A stretch of 64,000 nucleotides of DNA, from positions 65,140-129,139 of the forward strand of contig CAZMIM010000001.1 in assembly GCA_964566505.1 (NCBI GenBank). Reading direction: 5' to 3'. The notes under the pieces were generated by a model. The model did not search any database and had not been told where the DNA came from. It worked only from the letters and a program-made list of their open reading frames with translations. Below, one piece after another: positions 17,504 to 27,864 of the stretch (position 1 is the first letter of the stretch; each line of letters opens with the position of its first letter). The position numbers and the translations under genes are program-made. Origin of the DNA: an uncultured Candidatus Saccharibacteria bacterium (GTDB lineage Bacteria > Patescibacteriota > Minisyncoccia > Phycocordibacterales > PCTT01).

Positions 17504-18451
17504 TCAGGATTTGCTCCTTTCCTCATCCTCACGAATGAGCTTGTCTACTGCGTACGCAAGATCTCTAGGGCCAACCGCAGTTGGCTCTGTAGCAGGGAAT
17601 TTTCGTGTTCCATGAGAGAACAGATATCCACCCGGATGAGGAAACCAGGAGTTTCCACCACCTTCTTCTCGAATCAGCTCTCCAGCACTTCGAACAACGT
17701 CGCGAATAACGTCCTCGTCCATTCTCAAATGAGAGATTGAGCGAGCGCGTCGTACACCAACGTTATTTCCATCAACATACACTACGGCATCACAGCCATA
17801 GCGTCTTATGACAGCACGATTGATGCCGATACGCTTCTTATTCCAAACAATTGCTACACGTCCACCTGGAAGCAATTCTGCTTCTTTGGCTTCTTCGTAG
17901 GCCTGCTGTTTGGCGTAATAATCGTTGATTCGAGCAGACAGATACGAGCGAATTTCGTTGATCACAGCAATATCGTCCCTTTGAGAACGGTAGCGTGCCA
18001 TGGAAAGAGTAACGTGAGGACCATCTTCTGCGATAACCTCATATGCCTCTTCCGGCAAATGTTCATATGATTTGTAATACCCATAGGTATCCCAATCATC
18101 AACTTTTGTAATCAAGCGAGTGAGGTGCTCTTGAATTTCTTCGCTCGCAAATATTTGCATAATGAGCTTGAAGCAAGAATGTCTCACCCCCGCTGAGTCC
18201 TTTTCTCCTTTTACTCCTCTTCCTCCAACTCGCGCATCAAGAATGATTGCATTTTGAGGAATATCAGAGCCGTCAGAGCCTGGCGGGATTGTAAAAAATT
18301 GTGCACGCATACGCTTCGGTCGAAGCGCAAGCAAGTCGAATGCTGCACCAGAGAAAGCTGCGTCCAAGTCCACATATGGGTGAACATAGACAGGTACTAC
18401 CCCGTCTTTGTACGCACTCCTTTCTGGCACAACGAGTGTTGTTGGTTCCAT
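17504..18451 (-). CDS. Hypothetical protein with a possible degenerate DHH-phosphoesterase-like N-terminus
   Basis: VHPYVDLDAAFSGAAFDLLAL resembles DHH motif I (H..D.D...S), but there is no clear DHH triad. Function unknown. Confidence 0.35.
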   Translation of the reverse strand: MEPTTLVVPERSAYKDGVVPVYVHPYVDLDAAFSGAAFDLLALRPKRMRAQFFTIPPGSDGSDIPQNAIILDARVGGRGVKGEKDSAGVRHSCFKLIMQIFASEEIQEHLTRLITKVDDWDTYGYYKSYEHLPEEAYEVIAEDGPHVTLSMARYRSQRDDIAVINEIRSYLSARINDYYAKQQAYEEAKEAELLPGGRVAIVWNKKRIGINRAVIRRYGCDAVVYVDGNNVGVRRARSISHLRMDEDVIRDVVRSAGELIREEGGGNSWFPHPGGYLFSHGTRKFPATEPTAVGPRDLAYAVDKLIREDEERSKS

Positions 18452-18559
18452 ACTAGGATGGTGTAAGGTTCATATTATTTTTCGGTATAATAATACACCA
18501 TATTGGCTATATTGTCAATATTTATACACAATATAAAAAAGGCTCAACAGAGCCCTAGT

Positions 18560-18588
18560 GAACGGCTCATTTTCAAAATGAGCCGTTC
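18560..18588. terminator. Hairpin family 2
   Basis: gaacggctcattttcaaaatgagccgttc, downstream of rnhB. Confidence 0.7.
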
Positions 18589-18591
18589 AAT

Positions 18592-19167
18592 TTATAGATT
18601 TTTCAGAAAGCTTTTTCGGTGAATAGCACACTTTCCATGCTTTTTGACTGCTTTGAGGTGAGCTTTCGTGCCGTAGCCCTTATGAGTTTCAAATCCATAC
18701 TTGGGATACTTCTCCCCCATTTTCTCCATATATCTATCCCTGTGAACCTTTGCAACCACAGAAGCAAGCGATATGACTGGCTTCTTCTCGTCTCCTTTTA
18801 TAATAGTTTCTTGTTTTTTGAATCGTGCTGGCGCAGAAAGTCGCCCATCTAAAAATACTCCTGCATCTTTATCTACTCGTGAGAGTGTGCCACGAATCGC
18901 TTTTTTAATAGCACGCTCTATACCGTTTTTATCTATCTCTTTTGCAGAGACACTTCGAATATAAAAATTAATCAATCCTGACTTTCTCCACCCAACAGCT
19001 CGCTCATACCACTGCTCCCTTTTAAACTCCGTCATCTTTTTTGAGTCTTTTACTCCGCGAAGCAAATACGGAGAAAATCCCTTAGGAAGAACCACTGCAC
19101 ACACCGTAACAGGCCCCGCCACAGGACCTCTCCCTACTTCATCAATACCTACAACATATTTCGCCAT
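18592..19167 (-). CDS. rnhB: Ribonuclease HII
   Basis: VGIDEVGRGPVAGPVTVCAVV N-terminal motif. Confidence 0.9.
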   Translation of the reverse strand: MAKYVVGIDEVGRGPVAGPVTVCAVVLPKGFSPYLLRGVKDSKKMTEFKREQWYERAVGWRKSGLINFYIRSVSAKEIDKNGIERAIKKAIRGTLSRVDKDAGVFLDGRLSAPARFKKQETIIKGDEKKPVISLASVVAKVHRDRYMEKMGEKYPKYGFETHKGYGTKAHLKAVKKHGKCAIHRKSFLKNL

Positions 19168-19281
19168 ACTATTTCTACTATAGCATTAATACATCTCTGA
19201 TGTGCTCATGTATAATAGGTTCATCATGAGTCCCGATAGTGCTTGTTCTAAAAGAACATCGGGCATAGTTTTTCAATCTAA

Positions 19282-22200
19282 ATGACTCAAAAAACTCCAG
19301 AGAACAAACAAATAGAAAAAGAAAGTGGTTCGAACACTATCGGGATGAGCGGTTTTACTCACTTACACACACACTCACACTACTCACTTCTAAATGCGCT
19401 TCCCAAAATTCCGGAACTTGTAGCACGAGCAAAAGAAGAAAACATGACCGCTCTTGCTCTCACTGATGATGGAAATCTATACGGAGCAATACAGTTTTAT
19501 ACCGAGTGTAGAAAAAATGACATAAAGCCTATTATCGGTGCCGATATGTATATGGCGCTTCGCACACGTCACGACAAGCAAGCTGGTGTCGACAACAAAC
19601 GCTTCCGGCTTGTTCTACTTGCTAAAAATAGTATCGGCTATAAAAACCTAAAAGAGCTTGTGACTCGTGGATACACAGAAGGCTTTTACTACAAGCCCCG
19701 TATCGACCACGAGCTACTTTCAAAATATGGAGAAGGGATTATATGTATCGTTCCTTCATTTTCTGGAGAAATAATCGACAGGCTTAAAGTAAATGATGAG
19801 CAGGGCGCACTTGAAAAGCTTGCTCAATACAGCAATGTTTTTAAAGAAGGTGACCTTTACCTAGAACTCACGCACCATCCAGAAATCCCAGGCCACGAAG
19901 AAAACCAACAAAAACTCATATCTTTCGCACGAAAACACAATGTGCCACTGGTAGCGGCCCATGATGTGTATTACTTAGACCAAGATGATCGTTCTGCACG
20001 CGAAACTCTTGTATCAGTACAGTCTATGGGAAGCTTTTCTCGCAGTTCTCGTATTACAGACGGAGAAGAAGACTTTTCGTTCATATCACAGAGTCGTGCA
20101 AAGGAGCTCTTCAAACACACACCTGATGCACTTGAAAATGTAGAGAAAATCACCACCATGTGCGACCTAGAAATCACACTTGGTGAATGGGTATTCCCTG
20201 CCATTGAAACACCTGAAGGAAAATCTTATGACGAAGCACTTCGAGAGCTCGCGTACAACGGCTTTGAAAAAAGAGGTCTAGAAAAGACAGAAGATGCAGT
20301 AAAGCGACTTGATTATGAGCTTGGGATTATTAAAACAAAAGGATACTCACCATACTTTCTTATCGTTGCCGACTTGCTTCGATTTGCAGCAGAAAACAAA
20401 ATCCTTACAAACATTCGAGGTTCGGTTTCTGGTTCTTTGGTGACATATCTCTCAGGTATTACAAACATAAACCCCCTTGAATATAGAATTCCTTTTGAGC
20501 GATTCCTCAACCCAGATCGACCTTCTCCTCCTGATATCGATATGGACTTTGCCGATGATAGACGCGACGAGGTGATTGAATATGCACGAGAAAAGTACGG
20601 TCGCGACAAAGTTGCACAGATTGGAACATTTGGAACCATGATGGCGCGTGGTTCTGTGCGAGACACCGCACGAGCGCTCGGATATCCATATGATGTTGGT
20701 GACAAAATAGCAAAGCTCATCCCAATGGGCTCTCAAGGATTCCCAATGACCATAGAGCGTGCTCTTGAAATGGAGAAAGACCTCGAAGATTTGTATAAAA
20801 AAGATGCGGATGTAAAACGCATTATAGACATGGCACAAAAAATAGAGGGGTGTGCACGACATATTAGTGTTCATGCCGCGGGTGTTGTTATATCTCCTAC
20901 AGATATTACTGACTTCACTCCCCTTCAGGTTGATCCAAAAGGAGGAAAACTTATCACTCAGTTTGATATGCACGCCGTTGAGGACGCGGGCCTTTTGAAA
21001 TTTGACTTCTTGGGTCTGAAAAACCTAGCGATTTTGGCGAATGCAATGCGACTTGTGAAAAAATGGCGAGGAGTTGAAGTCTCTCTCGATAGCATTCCTC
21101 TTGATGATGAGAAAACATATCAAATGCTCACACGAGGAGAAACCATGGGGGTTTTCCAACTCAATGGACAAGGAATGACAAAGTTTCTAAAAGAGCTAAA
21201 GCCAACACGAGTGCAAGACATTCATGCAATGGTGGCGCTCTATCGACCGGGACCTATTCAATTCATCCCTCTATATATTCAGCGAAAACACAATCCGCAA
21301 ACAGTGACATACATGACACCAGAGCTTGAGCCTATCCTAAAGCAGACATATGGAGTGCTTGTGTACCAAGACGACCTTTTGATTATGGCTCATGAGCTTG
21401 CTGGATATTCATGGCTAGAAGTAGACAAGTTCCGAAAGGCTGTAGGTAAAAAGATTCCAGAGCTTATGGCAGAGCAAAAGGAAAAGTTTATTAAAGGGTG
21501 TATGGAAACAAGCAAATGGAGTCGTGAGAAGTCTGAAGAGATTTGGGCTTGGATTGAGCCATTTGCGGCATATGGTTTCAACAAAGCGCACTCTGTGAGC
21601 TATGGGCATGTGGCATACCAAACCGCCTACATGAAGGCGAACTACCCAGTGGAGTACATGACAGCTATCCTCACAGCAGACTCCGGAGATGTAGATAAAA
21701 TCCATGAGGCCGTAGAGGAATGTAAACGACTTGATATTGAAGTACTGCCACCAAGTATCAATGATAGTTTTGGAGCTTTCACTATTGTTCAAGAAGATGG
21801 AAAAGACAAAATCCGCTTTGGACTCTACTCTATTAAAAACTTTGGACAAGGTATTGGAGACACGATTATAGAAGAGAGAAAGCGTGGCGGGCAATTTACA
21901 TCTATCGCAAACTTCCTTGAGCGCATCACAGACAGGAACCTAAACAAAAAATCACTTGAGTCACTTATCAAAGCAGGTGCGCTAGATGCATTTGGTACTC
22001 GTGGAGAACTTCTTCACAATCTTGAAGGACTCCTTTTGTACAAAAAAGAGCACGAAGGTGGCACAGGAGCAGACACATCTCTATTCGCTCTTATGGATGA
22101 TACGAGCACGGTACCAACACTTAAGCTTGAGGAGGCAGAACCCGCACCACAAGAAGAAATGCTCGGGTGGGAAAAAGAACTCCTTGGTATGTATGTATCA

Positions 22201-22527
22201 GGTCACCCACTTGATCGCATAAGAGACAAACTCGAAAAAAGAGAGTTCACTATCGAGCGTATAAAAACAAAGATGCACAATGGCATGACAGTGGTAGCGT
22301 GTGGACTGGTAGAAGATGTAAAAGAAATACTTACCAAAAAAGGAGACCACATGGCATTTGTAAAAATCTCTGACTTCACAGGTTCAATAGAGATTGTGGT
22401 ATTTCCTGACACATACCAAAAATTCAAAGACATGTGCCAAACAGAGAAATGTGTTGCGATACGAGGAAAACTCTCTCATAGAAACGATACAGAGTCTGTA
22501 ATTGCCGATAGCATCAAAGAGATATAG
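19282..22527 (+). CDS. dnaE: DNA polymerase III alpha subunit
   Basis: PHP domain (HLHTHSHYSLL), polymerase core and a C-terminal OB fold; 1081 aa. Confidence 0.95.
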   Translation: MTQKTPENKQIEKESGSNTIGMSGFTHLHTHSHYSLLNALPKIPELVARAKEENMTALALTDDGNLYGAIQFYTECRKNDIKPIIGADMYMALRTRHDKQAGVDNKRFRLVLLAKNSIGYKNLKELVTRGYTEGFYYKPRIDHELLSKYGEGIICIVPSFSGEIIDRLKVNDEQGALEKLAQYSNVFKEGDLYLELTHHPEIPGHEENQQKLISFARKHNVPLVAAHDVYYLDQDDRSARETLVSVQSMGSFSRSSRITDGEEDFSFISQSRAKELFKHTPDALENVEKITTMCDLEITLGEWVFPAIETPEGKSYDEALRELAYNGFEKRGLEKTEDAVKRLDYELGIIKTKGYSPYFLIVADLLRFAAENKILTNIRGSVSGSLVTYLSGITNINPLEYRIPFERFLNPDRPSPPDIDMDFADDRRDEVIEYAREKYGRDKVAQIGTFGTMMARGSVRDTARALGYPYDVGDKIAKLIPMGSQGFPMTIERALEMEKDLEDLYKKDADVKRIIDMAQKIEGCARHISVHAAGVVISPTDITDFTPLQVDPKGGKLITQFDMHAVEDAGLLKFDFLGLKNLAILANAMRLVKKWRGVEVSLDSIPLDDEKTYQMLTRGETMGVFQLNGQGMTKFLKELKPTRVQDIHAMVALYRPGPIQFIPLYIQRKHNPQTVTYMTPELEPILKQTYGVLVYQDDLLIMAHELAGYSWLEVDKFRKAVGKKIPELMAEQKEKFIKGCMETSKWSREKSEEIWAWIEPFAAYGFNKAHSVSYGHVAYQTAYMKANYPVEYMTAILTADSGDVDKIHEAVEECKRLDIEVLPPSINDSFGAFTIVQEDGKDKIRFGLYSIKNFGQGIGDTIIEERKRGGQFTSIANFLERITDRNLNKKSLESLIKAGALDAFGTRGELLHNLEGLLLYKKEHEGGTGADTSLFALMDDTSTVPTLKLEEAEPAPQEEMLGWEKELLGMYVSGHPLDRIRDKLEKREFTIERIKTKMHNGMTVVACGLVEDVKEILTKKGDHMAFVKISDFTGSIEIVVFPDTYQKFKDMCQTEKCVAIRGKLSHRNDTESVIADSIKEI

Positions 22528-22561
22528 TAGAAGCTTCTATACTCTGATATGATAATCCTAT

Positions 22562-24295
22562 ATGAAAAAGAACACCGAACTTGAATACAAAAGACACACA
22601 CTCGCTCACCTATTGGCTGCAGCGGTAAAAGAGATGCACCCAGATGCAAAACCAACTATTGGCCCAGCCGTTGATAATGGTTTTTATTATGATTTTGAGT
22701 TTAGTACTCCTATAAAAGAGGAAGACTTGAAGAAGCTCGAGAAGAAAATGAAAAAACTTCTTCCTTCATGGATAGAATTCACACACAAAGAAGTTTCAGC
22801 TGATGAAGCTCGAGAATATTTCAAAGACAATCCATACAAAATTGAGCTTATAGATGAGCTTGAAAAAGAAGGTTCTACCATCACGCTATATACTTCAGGA
22901 GAATTCACAGACCTATGTCGTGGAGGACACTCAGAAAATCCATCAAAAGATATAGATGCTAATGCATTTACACTCTCACACCTTGCGGGAGCATACTGGA
23001 GAGGAAATGAGGAGAATACAATGCTTACACGTATTTATGGTGTAGCTTTTGATACTAAAGGCGAGCTAGAGGAATACCAAGAGATGCAAGAGGAGGCAAA
23101 AAAGCGAGACCACCGAAAGCTTGGTAAAGAGCTAGACCTATTTACATTCTCAGACCTTGTAGGGCCAGGACTCCCACTGTGGACACCGAAGGGAACGCTC
23201 ATGACTGATTTGATTATGGAGAAAATCATGGACATCCATAAAGACTACGGATATGAAAAGGTACGAATCCCCCACCTTACAAAACCAGACCTGTACAAAA
23301 CATCAGGACACTGGGACAAATTTGGAGATGAGCTATTTCATGTAACAGGAAAAGCTGGTGGTGAGTTTGTGGTAAAGCCTATGAACTGCCCACATCACAC
23401 ACAGATTTTTGCCTCACAACCACGAAGCTATCGTGACCTACCACAAAGATATATGGAGCTTGGAGTTGTATATCGAGACGAGCAAGCAGGAGAATTACTT
23501 GGACTTTCACGAGTGCGTTCTATAACTATGGATGACGCTCATGTATTTTGTCGTCCAGATCAAATAGAAGATGAAATCAAAAATATCGTAAAGGCAATCA
23601 AAGACTTCTATGGTGCATTTGGAATGCTTGAAGAAGGAAAATATTGGGTTTCACTATCTGTTCGTGACCCAGAAACAAAAGATAAATACCTTGGAGATGA
23701 TGCTATTTGGGAGCAGTCAGAAAAAGCTCTTGAAAAAATAGCAAAAGAAGAAGGGCTTGAGTACGAGCGAGTAGAAGGAGAAGCAGCGTTTTATGGTCCT
23801 AAGCTTGATTTTATGTTCTATGACGCACTTGGACGCCAACGACAACTTGGTACAGCACAGTTAGACTTCAATATGCCTGCTCGATTTGAGCTTGAATATA
23901 CAGATAGTGACGGTTCAAAGAAAACACCTGTGATGATTCACCGAGCAATTGCTGGTTCTATGGAGCGTTTTATGTCTGTAATGATTGAACACTTTGCAGG
24001 TGCATTCCCATACTGGCTCTCACCTGTACAAGTACATATTCTTCCTATTGCAGAAGCACATGAAGAATATGCTCATGAAGTACTAAAGGAGCTTGAAGAG
24101 AAAGGAGTACGAGCAGAAATCTCTACTGGAGACAGTCTAGGTAAACGAATCCGAAACTGGAATGTATCAAAAGTGCCATATGCATTTGTGATTGGCGACG
24201 CAGAAGTAACAGACAAAGAAATAACTGTCGAGTCACGAGACGATGGCAAGATTGGGTCTATGGATATTGAAGACTTTCTTAGTAAAGTTAAGTAA
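22562..24295 (+). CDS. thrS: Threonyl-tRNA synthetase (577 aa, lacking the N-terminal TGS/editing region)
   Basis: Class II core motifs and a C-terminal anticodon-binding domain; begins at the second additional domain (TLAHLLAAAVKEMHP). Confidence 0.9.
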   Translation: MKKNTELEYKRHTLAHLLAAAVKEMHPDAKPTIGPAVDNGFYYDFEFSTPIKEEDLKKLEKKMKKLLPSWIEFTHKEVSADEAREYFKDNPYKIELIDELEKEGSTITLYTSGEFTDLCRGGHSENPSKDIDANAFTLSHLAGAYWRGNEENTMLTRIYGVAFDTKGELEEYQEMQEEAKKRDHRKLGKELDLFTFSDLVGPGLPLWTPKGTLMTDLIMEKIMDIHKDYGYEKVRIPHLTKPDLYKTSGHWDKFGDELFHVTGKAGGEFVVKPMNCPHHTQIFASQPRSYRDLPQRYMELGVVYRDEQAGELLGLSRVRSITMDDAHVFCRPDQIEDEIKNIVKAIKDFYGAFGMLEEGKYWVSLSVRDPETKDKYLGDDAIWEQSEKALEKIAKEEGLEYERVEGEAAFYGPKLDFMFYDALGRQRQLGTAQLDFNMPARFELEYTDSDGSKKTPVMIHRAIAGSMERFMSVMIEHFAGAFPYWLSPVQVHILPIAEAHEEYAHEVLKELEEKGVRAEISTGDSLGKRIRNWNVSKVPYAFVIGDAEVTDKEITVESRDDGKIGSMDIEDFLSKVK

Positions 24296-24330
24296 AAACG
24301 CGGTGATTGTTTAAAACAATCACCGCGTTT
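24296..24330. terminator. Bidirectional terminator shared by thrS and the convergent hypothetical gene
   Basis: aaacgcggtgattgtttaaaacaatcaccgcgttt. Confidence 0.8.
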
Positions 24331-24344
24331 AACAAGATTGAGGA

Positions 24345-25403
24345 TTAACCGTTGTCCGACTGAAGCTGCTCTAGAGCAAACTGAGCGATACTCAAATTTT
24401 TTCGAATATCTTTCAGGTTTAACTCCGTGCGCTTTAGATCAAGCTCAACTTCCTTGTAACGACTACTAGCATGCTTCTCTTCTGTTTCCAGATTCAGTAT
24501 GTATTGCTTCAAATCCGCAATACTTGCACTGGAAAAGAATGGAAAAGGTCTGCCAGCATCTTCTGTAACCCTTTCTTGATCTTCGGTCTTTCTCTGAAAA
24601 TCATCTGATGAATCAGGAACGTCTGCAGGTCTCCATTTTTCAGGAGCCATAACCCAAATTTTTTGTCCTGACGTTCTGCCAGACAAAGAAATTTGACCAC
24701 CGCCAGCAAGACGTTTTTTGCTTTTGGAAACAACGGCTCTCATTGAAGCTCGAACACCTGAGATTATTTTCTTTTTCTGCAAATGTTCCAAGGCTAATGG
24801 AGTGATGTTGTAGGAATTTCCTACAAACCAAAAATACTCATCGCCTTTACGTTTCCATCGTTTTGTATCATCTTCTGAAAAAGACTCACAGGCCTTATCC
24901 CTAAGAAAATCTAACAACTCAGAATCGAGAGTATTCAAATTTACTTTGTTGTTAGATCCTTCAGGCTTATTACGTCTAAAGACTTCAGCTTGTTCGGCGA
25001 TATACTCAAGCAAATCAAAAGATTCACCAAGAACTTTTGACATGTCTTCATTTATTGCTTGAGCAAATCTGTTCTCTGATGGATTCAGAAGAATAACAAG
25101 CTTAAGTTTACAGGCAAAATTGGAGACCTCCTTATACTGTGAATCATTTTGGTCGGCGAAACCTCTGTTGGCTGAAGTTCGTTCACCATACACATGGTAT
25201 TGCAAAAATGGCCAAAGATGTTTCAAGTTGCCCCAGGGAGACCCGCCTCTTCCGCGTTTTGGTATAAGAGTGCTAGAAAGCTTGTCACAAAGCTTTTTTC
25301 CAGCATTTTCCCAGCTACCTCGAACTCCCTTTGTTCCATACAGCTCATCAAGTAATTCCCGATGCTCTGCAAGCAAAGAAGGTTTTGTGGGTATAATAGA
25401 CAT
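24345..25403 (-). CDS. Hypothetical protein (352 aa), no recognised domain
   Basis: Convergent with thrS and shares its terminator at 24296-24330; charged, with coiled-coil C-terminus. Confidence 0.45.
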   Translation of the reverse strand: MSIIPTKPSLLAEHRELLDELYGTKGVRGSWENAGKKLCDKLSSTLIPKRGRGGSPWGNLKHLWPFLQYHVYGERTSANRGFADQNDSQYKEVSNFACKLKLVILLNPSENRFAQAINEDMSKVLGESFDLLEYIAEQAEVFRRNKPEGSNNKVNLNTLDSELLDFLRDKACESFSEDDTKRWKRKGDEYFWFVGNSYNITPLALEHLQKKKIISGVRASMRAVVSKSKKRLAGGGQISLSGRTSGQKIWVMAPEKWRPADVPDSSDDFQRKTEDQERVTEDAGRPFPFFSSASIADLKQYILNLETEEKHASSRYKEVELDLKRTELNLKDIRKNLSIAQFALEQLQSDNG

Positions 25404-25469
25404 TGCTAACCTCTCTTGTTTTATGAATGTTCCTGTCTATAAAGTTTATAGCTTAAAATATGAATTTTG

Positions 25470-26195
25470 TCAATAATTAAATTTTAGAGTAGAACGAGCT
25501 TCTACTAAACCATTCTCCACGAGTACTTTTCTAATCTCTCGATACCACAGACCATAGCCATGGTCAGAAAGATGCAGACCATCTTCTGCATAAATACTTA
25601 TCTCATCAGGACGCGCAAAGATTTCTTTGCGCGTTTGGAATAGATCTACATAGTAGACATTTTCTTGTTCTGCTACTTGTGCAAATATATCGCGAGCATT
25701 TTGCGAGCGAACCTCATAGTATCTACTAATAGGCCATGGGAAGAACTCTACCCCGCCAATATTGCCCGAGGTCACCCACACCACACTATCAGCTAGCTCT
25801 TTTGCTCTTTTTATAGCTGTCTCTGCATCTTCTTGGAGAATTTCATACGGAGTGTGATATAAAACATCATTTGCACCAAGTTGTAGAACGATAATGTCAT
25901 AGTCTGTATCTAAATCGACTGTAGTGCTTATAAACTCAAAAAGCCGTAGACCATTTTCTGAAATATTTTCTATTGAAAAATCTTGGAACTCTCTTGCAAG
26001 CCTACCTGCTGTTGTAAATTTTGGACTACTTGCACCCGTTCCATACGCAGTAGAATCACCAGCAAATAAAACTTTCTGTTTTGGATTTTCTATAACACGC
26101 TCAAACGGCACAGCCTCTTGGGCTAGCCTGCTTCCTATCACATAATAAGTGGCAATTTGTGCAAAAAGAGCAACAGCCAAAAGTACTTTGAGCAC
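25470..26195 (-). CDS. SGNH/GDSL-family hydrolase, membrane-anchored
   Basis: Blocks GDSTAYG, LGANDV and DGLHLSDHGY; N-terminal TM anchor. Confidence 0.8.
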   Translation of the reverse strand: MLKVLLAVALFAQIATYYVIGSRLAQEAVPFERVIENPKQKVLFAGDSTAYGTGASSPKFTTAGRLAREFQDFSIENISENGLRLFEFISTTVDLDTDYDIIVLQLGANDVLYHTPYEILQEDAETAIKRAKELADSVVWVTSGNIGGVEFFPWPISRYYEVRSQNARDIFAQVAEQENVYYVDLFQTRKEIFARPDEISIYAEDGLHLSDHGYGLWYREIRKVLVENGLVEARSTLKFNY

Positions 26196-26230
26196 AATTA
26201 TCGCAATGATGCCCTGCTTGAGAGTAATAA

Positions 26231-26695
26231 TTAGTTAAGTAGAAAGATAGAGAAGTTGAGCACACTCGCAAATGTAATCCACAATAGATAAGGTATCAAA
26301 AGATACATGCTTGGCTTGTAGATGCGCCAAATCTGCTCCATAAGAACCACAAGTGTTGCAATCATAAGAATGATTATCATGAATGCTCCAAGGATGTTGT
26401 GCATTCCAAAAAATACAATAGACCAGAGCGCATTTAAAACCATGTGGAAGATAAATAGGTTGCGTGTAGTTTTGTATCGTTTGAATCCCTTATTCCACAA
26501 GAAAAAGAATGAGAGCCCTATTAGGAAATAGAGAATATTCCAAACAGGTCCAAAGACCCAGTTTGGTGGAGAAAACCATGGACGCACCAGAGTTTCGTAC
26601 CAAGTATCTATGTTTGGAAATGTAGCAAGAGAACCTATGGCTCCTGCTACATATGCAAATACCAATGAAAATAAAAATTTGAGACCATTAGACAT
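26231..26695 (-). CDS. tspO: TspO/MBR family tryptophan-rich sensory protein
   Basis: Five-TM Trp-rich pattern (WYETLVRPWFSPPNWVFGPVWNILY); start uncertain (MSNGLKF used). Confidence 0.75.
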   Translation of the reverse strand: MSNGLKFLFSLVFAYVAGAIGSLATFPNIDTWYETLVRPWFSPPNWVFGPVWNILYFLIGLSFFFLWNKGFKRYKTTRNLFIFHMVLNALWSIVFFGMHNILGAFMIIILMIATLVVLMEQIWRIYKPSMYLLIPYLLWITFASVLNFSIFLLN

Positions 26696-26765
26696 ATTCT
26701 CTATTGTATCGACTCGCATACAAAAACACCACCGCAAAAGGTGGTGTTTTTGTGAATTATTATAA

Positions 26766-26933
26766 TTATTGATCTTCCTTAGGAAGAATTCGATACATTC
26801 CTGTATCGCACTCTGCGCATTTACCTTTAGCTGCTTTTCTTCCGTTCTTCATAGTAACAATTTCTACGTTTACCATGTCTCGCCCAGCTTTATCTCGGCA
26901 CTTTACGCAATATCCTCGATATTGTTTATCCAT
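26766..26933 (-). CDS. Small zinc-ribbon protein (DUF5679-like)
   Basis: CVKCRDK ... CAECDTGM: two CxxC pairs in ~55 aa. Confidence 0.55.
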   Translation of the reverse strand: MDKQYRGYCVKCRDKAGRDMVNVEIVTMKNGRKAAKGKCAECDTGMYRILPKEDQ

Positions 26934-27027
26934 ATCATTCTTATACCACATATTTTTTATTCAAACAAGATATCCACAGAGTAAAACCGCCTGGTTTCCA
27001 AAGAAACCAGGCGGCCTATTTTTGAGA

Positions 27028-27768
27028 TTAGTCGAAGCGCCGAACAAGCTCAAGCTCGTGAAGTGGCTTTGTTGCAGACTCCACCACAGCGTCAGCTATC
27101 AACGACATAGGCGTAAATGAGGCAAACATTGCCTCAATTTTGTCAGGACTATCAGAATACTTTTTCTCAAGCCACTTACGCATAGCGGGTGTTTGCATTG
27201 CTCCTGGTTGGAAATCAACTAAACGCATTTTTTCATCACCCTTACTTCGAAGTTCGAAATCAAGGTTTTTCATAAACGCGCTTGCGCCATGCTTTACAGG
27301 AGCATATAGCAAATTTCCTTCCAAAAGCTTGTACACCACATGCGACGAGAAGTGAATTAGGGTCCCTCCTTCATCTTGCTTTTGAATATAGTCTTTAGCA
27401 ACAAGAGCTACATTAAAAAGAGCGTCGAGAAAAACCTTTCGATAAACATTATATCGACCCAGGATCTCTTCAAGAGACAAGTTATCTTCAAGTTCACTCC
27501 ATTCACCAGCACAAACAACAACGAGTTTAATATCACCAAGTATCGATGAGTATTTAAAGAGGTTCTTTACATCTTCAATTTCGCTGGAGTCACCTGAGAA
27601 CACATAAGTGTTCCCATCTGTGTCACTTGAAAGTGCCTCGAGTTTGTCTTTGTTTCGTGCAGAAAGTACGACGTGCATACCTTCTAAAGCGAGTCGCCGA
27701 GCAATAGGTTCACCGACACCGCCGGTAGCACCCACCACTATTGCAACTCTGTCTTTGATAGTTCTCAT
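27028..27768 (-). CDS. SDR-family oxidoreductase
   Basis: Rossmann VVGATGGVG, SS and YxxxK (YAPVK) motifs. Confidence 0.85.
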   Translation of the reverse strand: MRTIKDRVAIVVGATGGVGEPIARRLALEGMHVVLSARNKDKLEALSSDTDGNTYVFSGDSSEIEDVKNLFKYSSILGDIKLVVVCAGEWSELEDNLSLEEILGRYNVYRKVFLDALFNVALVAKDYIQKQDEGGTLIHFSSHVVYKLLEGNLLYAPVKHGASAFMKNLDFELRSKGDEKMRLVDFQPGAMQTPAMRKWLEKKYSDSPDKIEAMFASFTPMSLIADAVVESATKPLHELELVRRFD

Positions 27769-27864
27769 AGTTTCTTAAGAAGGTTTTACATTTAACTTCG
27801 CGCTATTATACCATCGCTTTTCATCCACAAAAGAAAAAGCTTGGTATGTATTTCAACACCAAGC

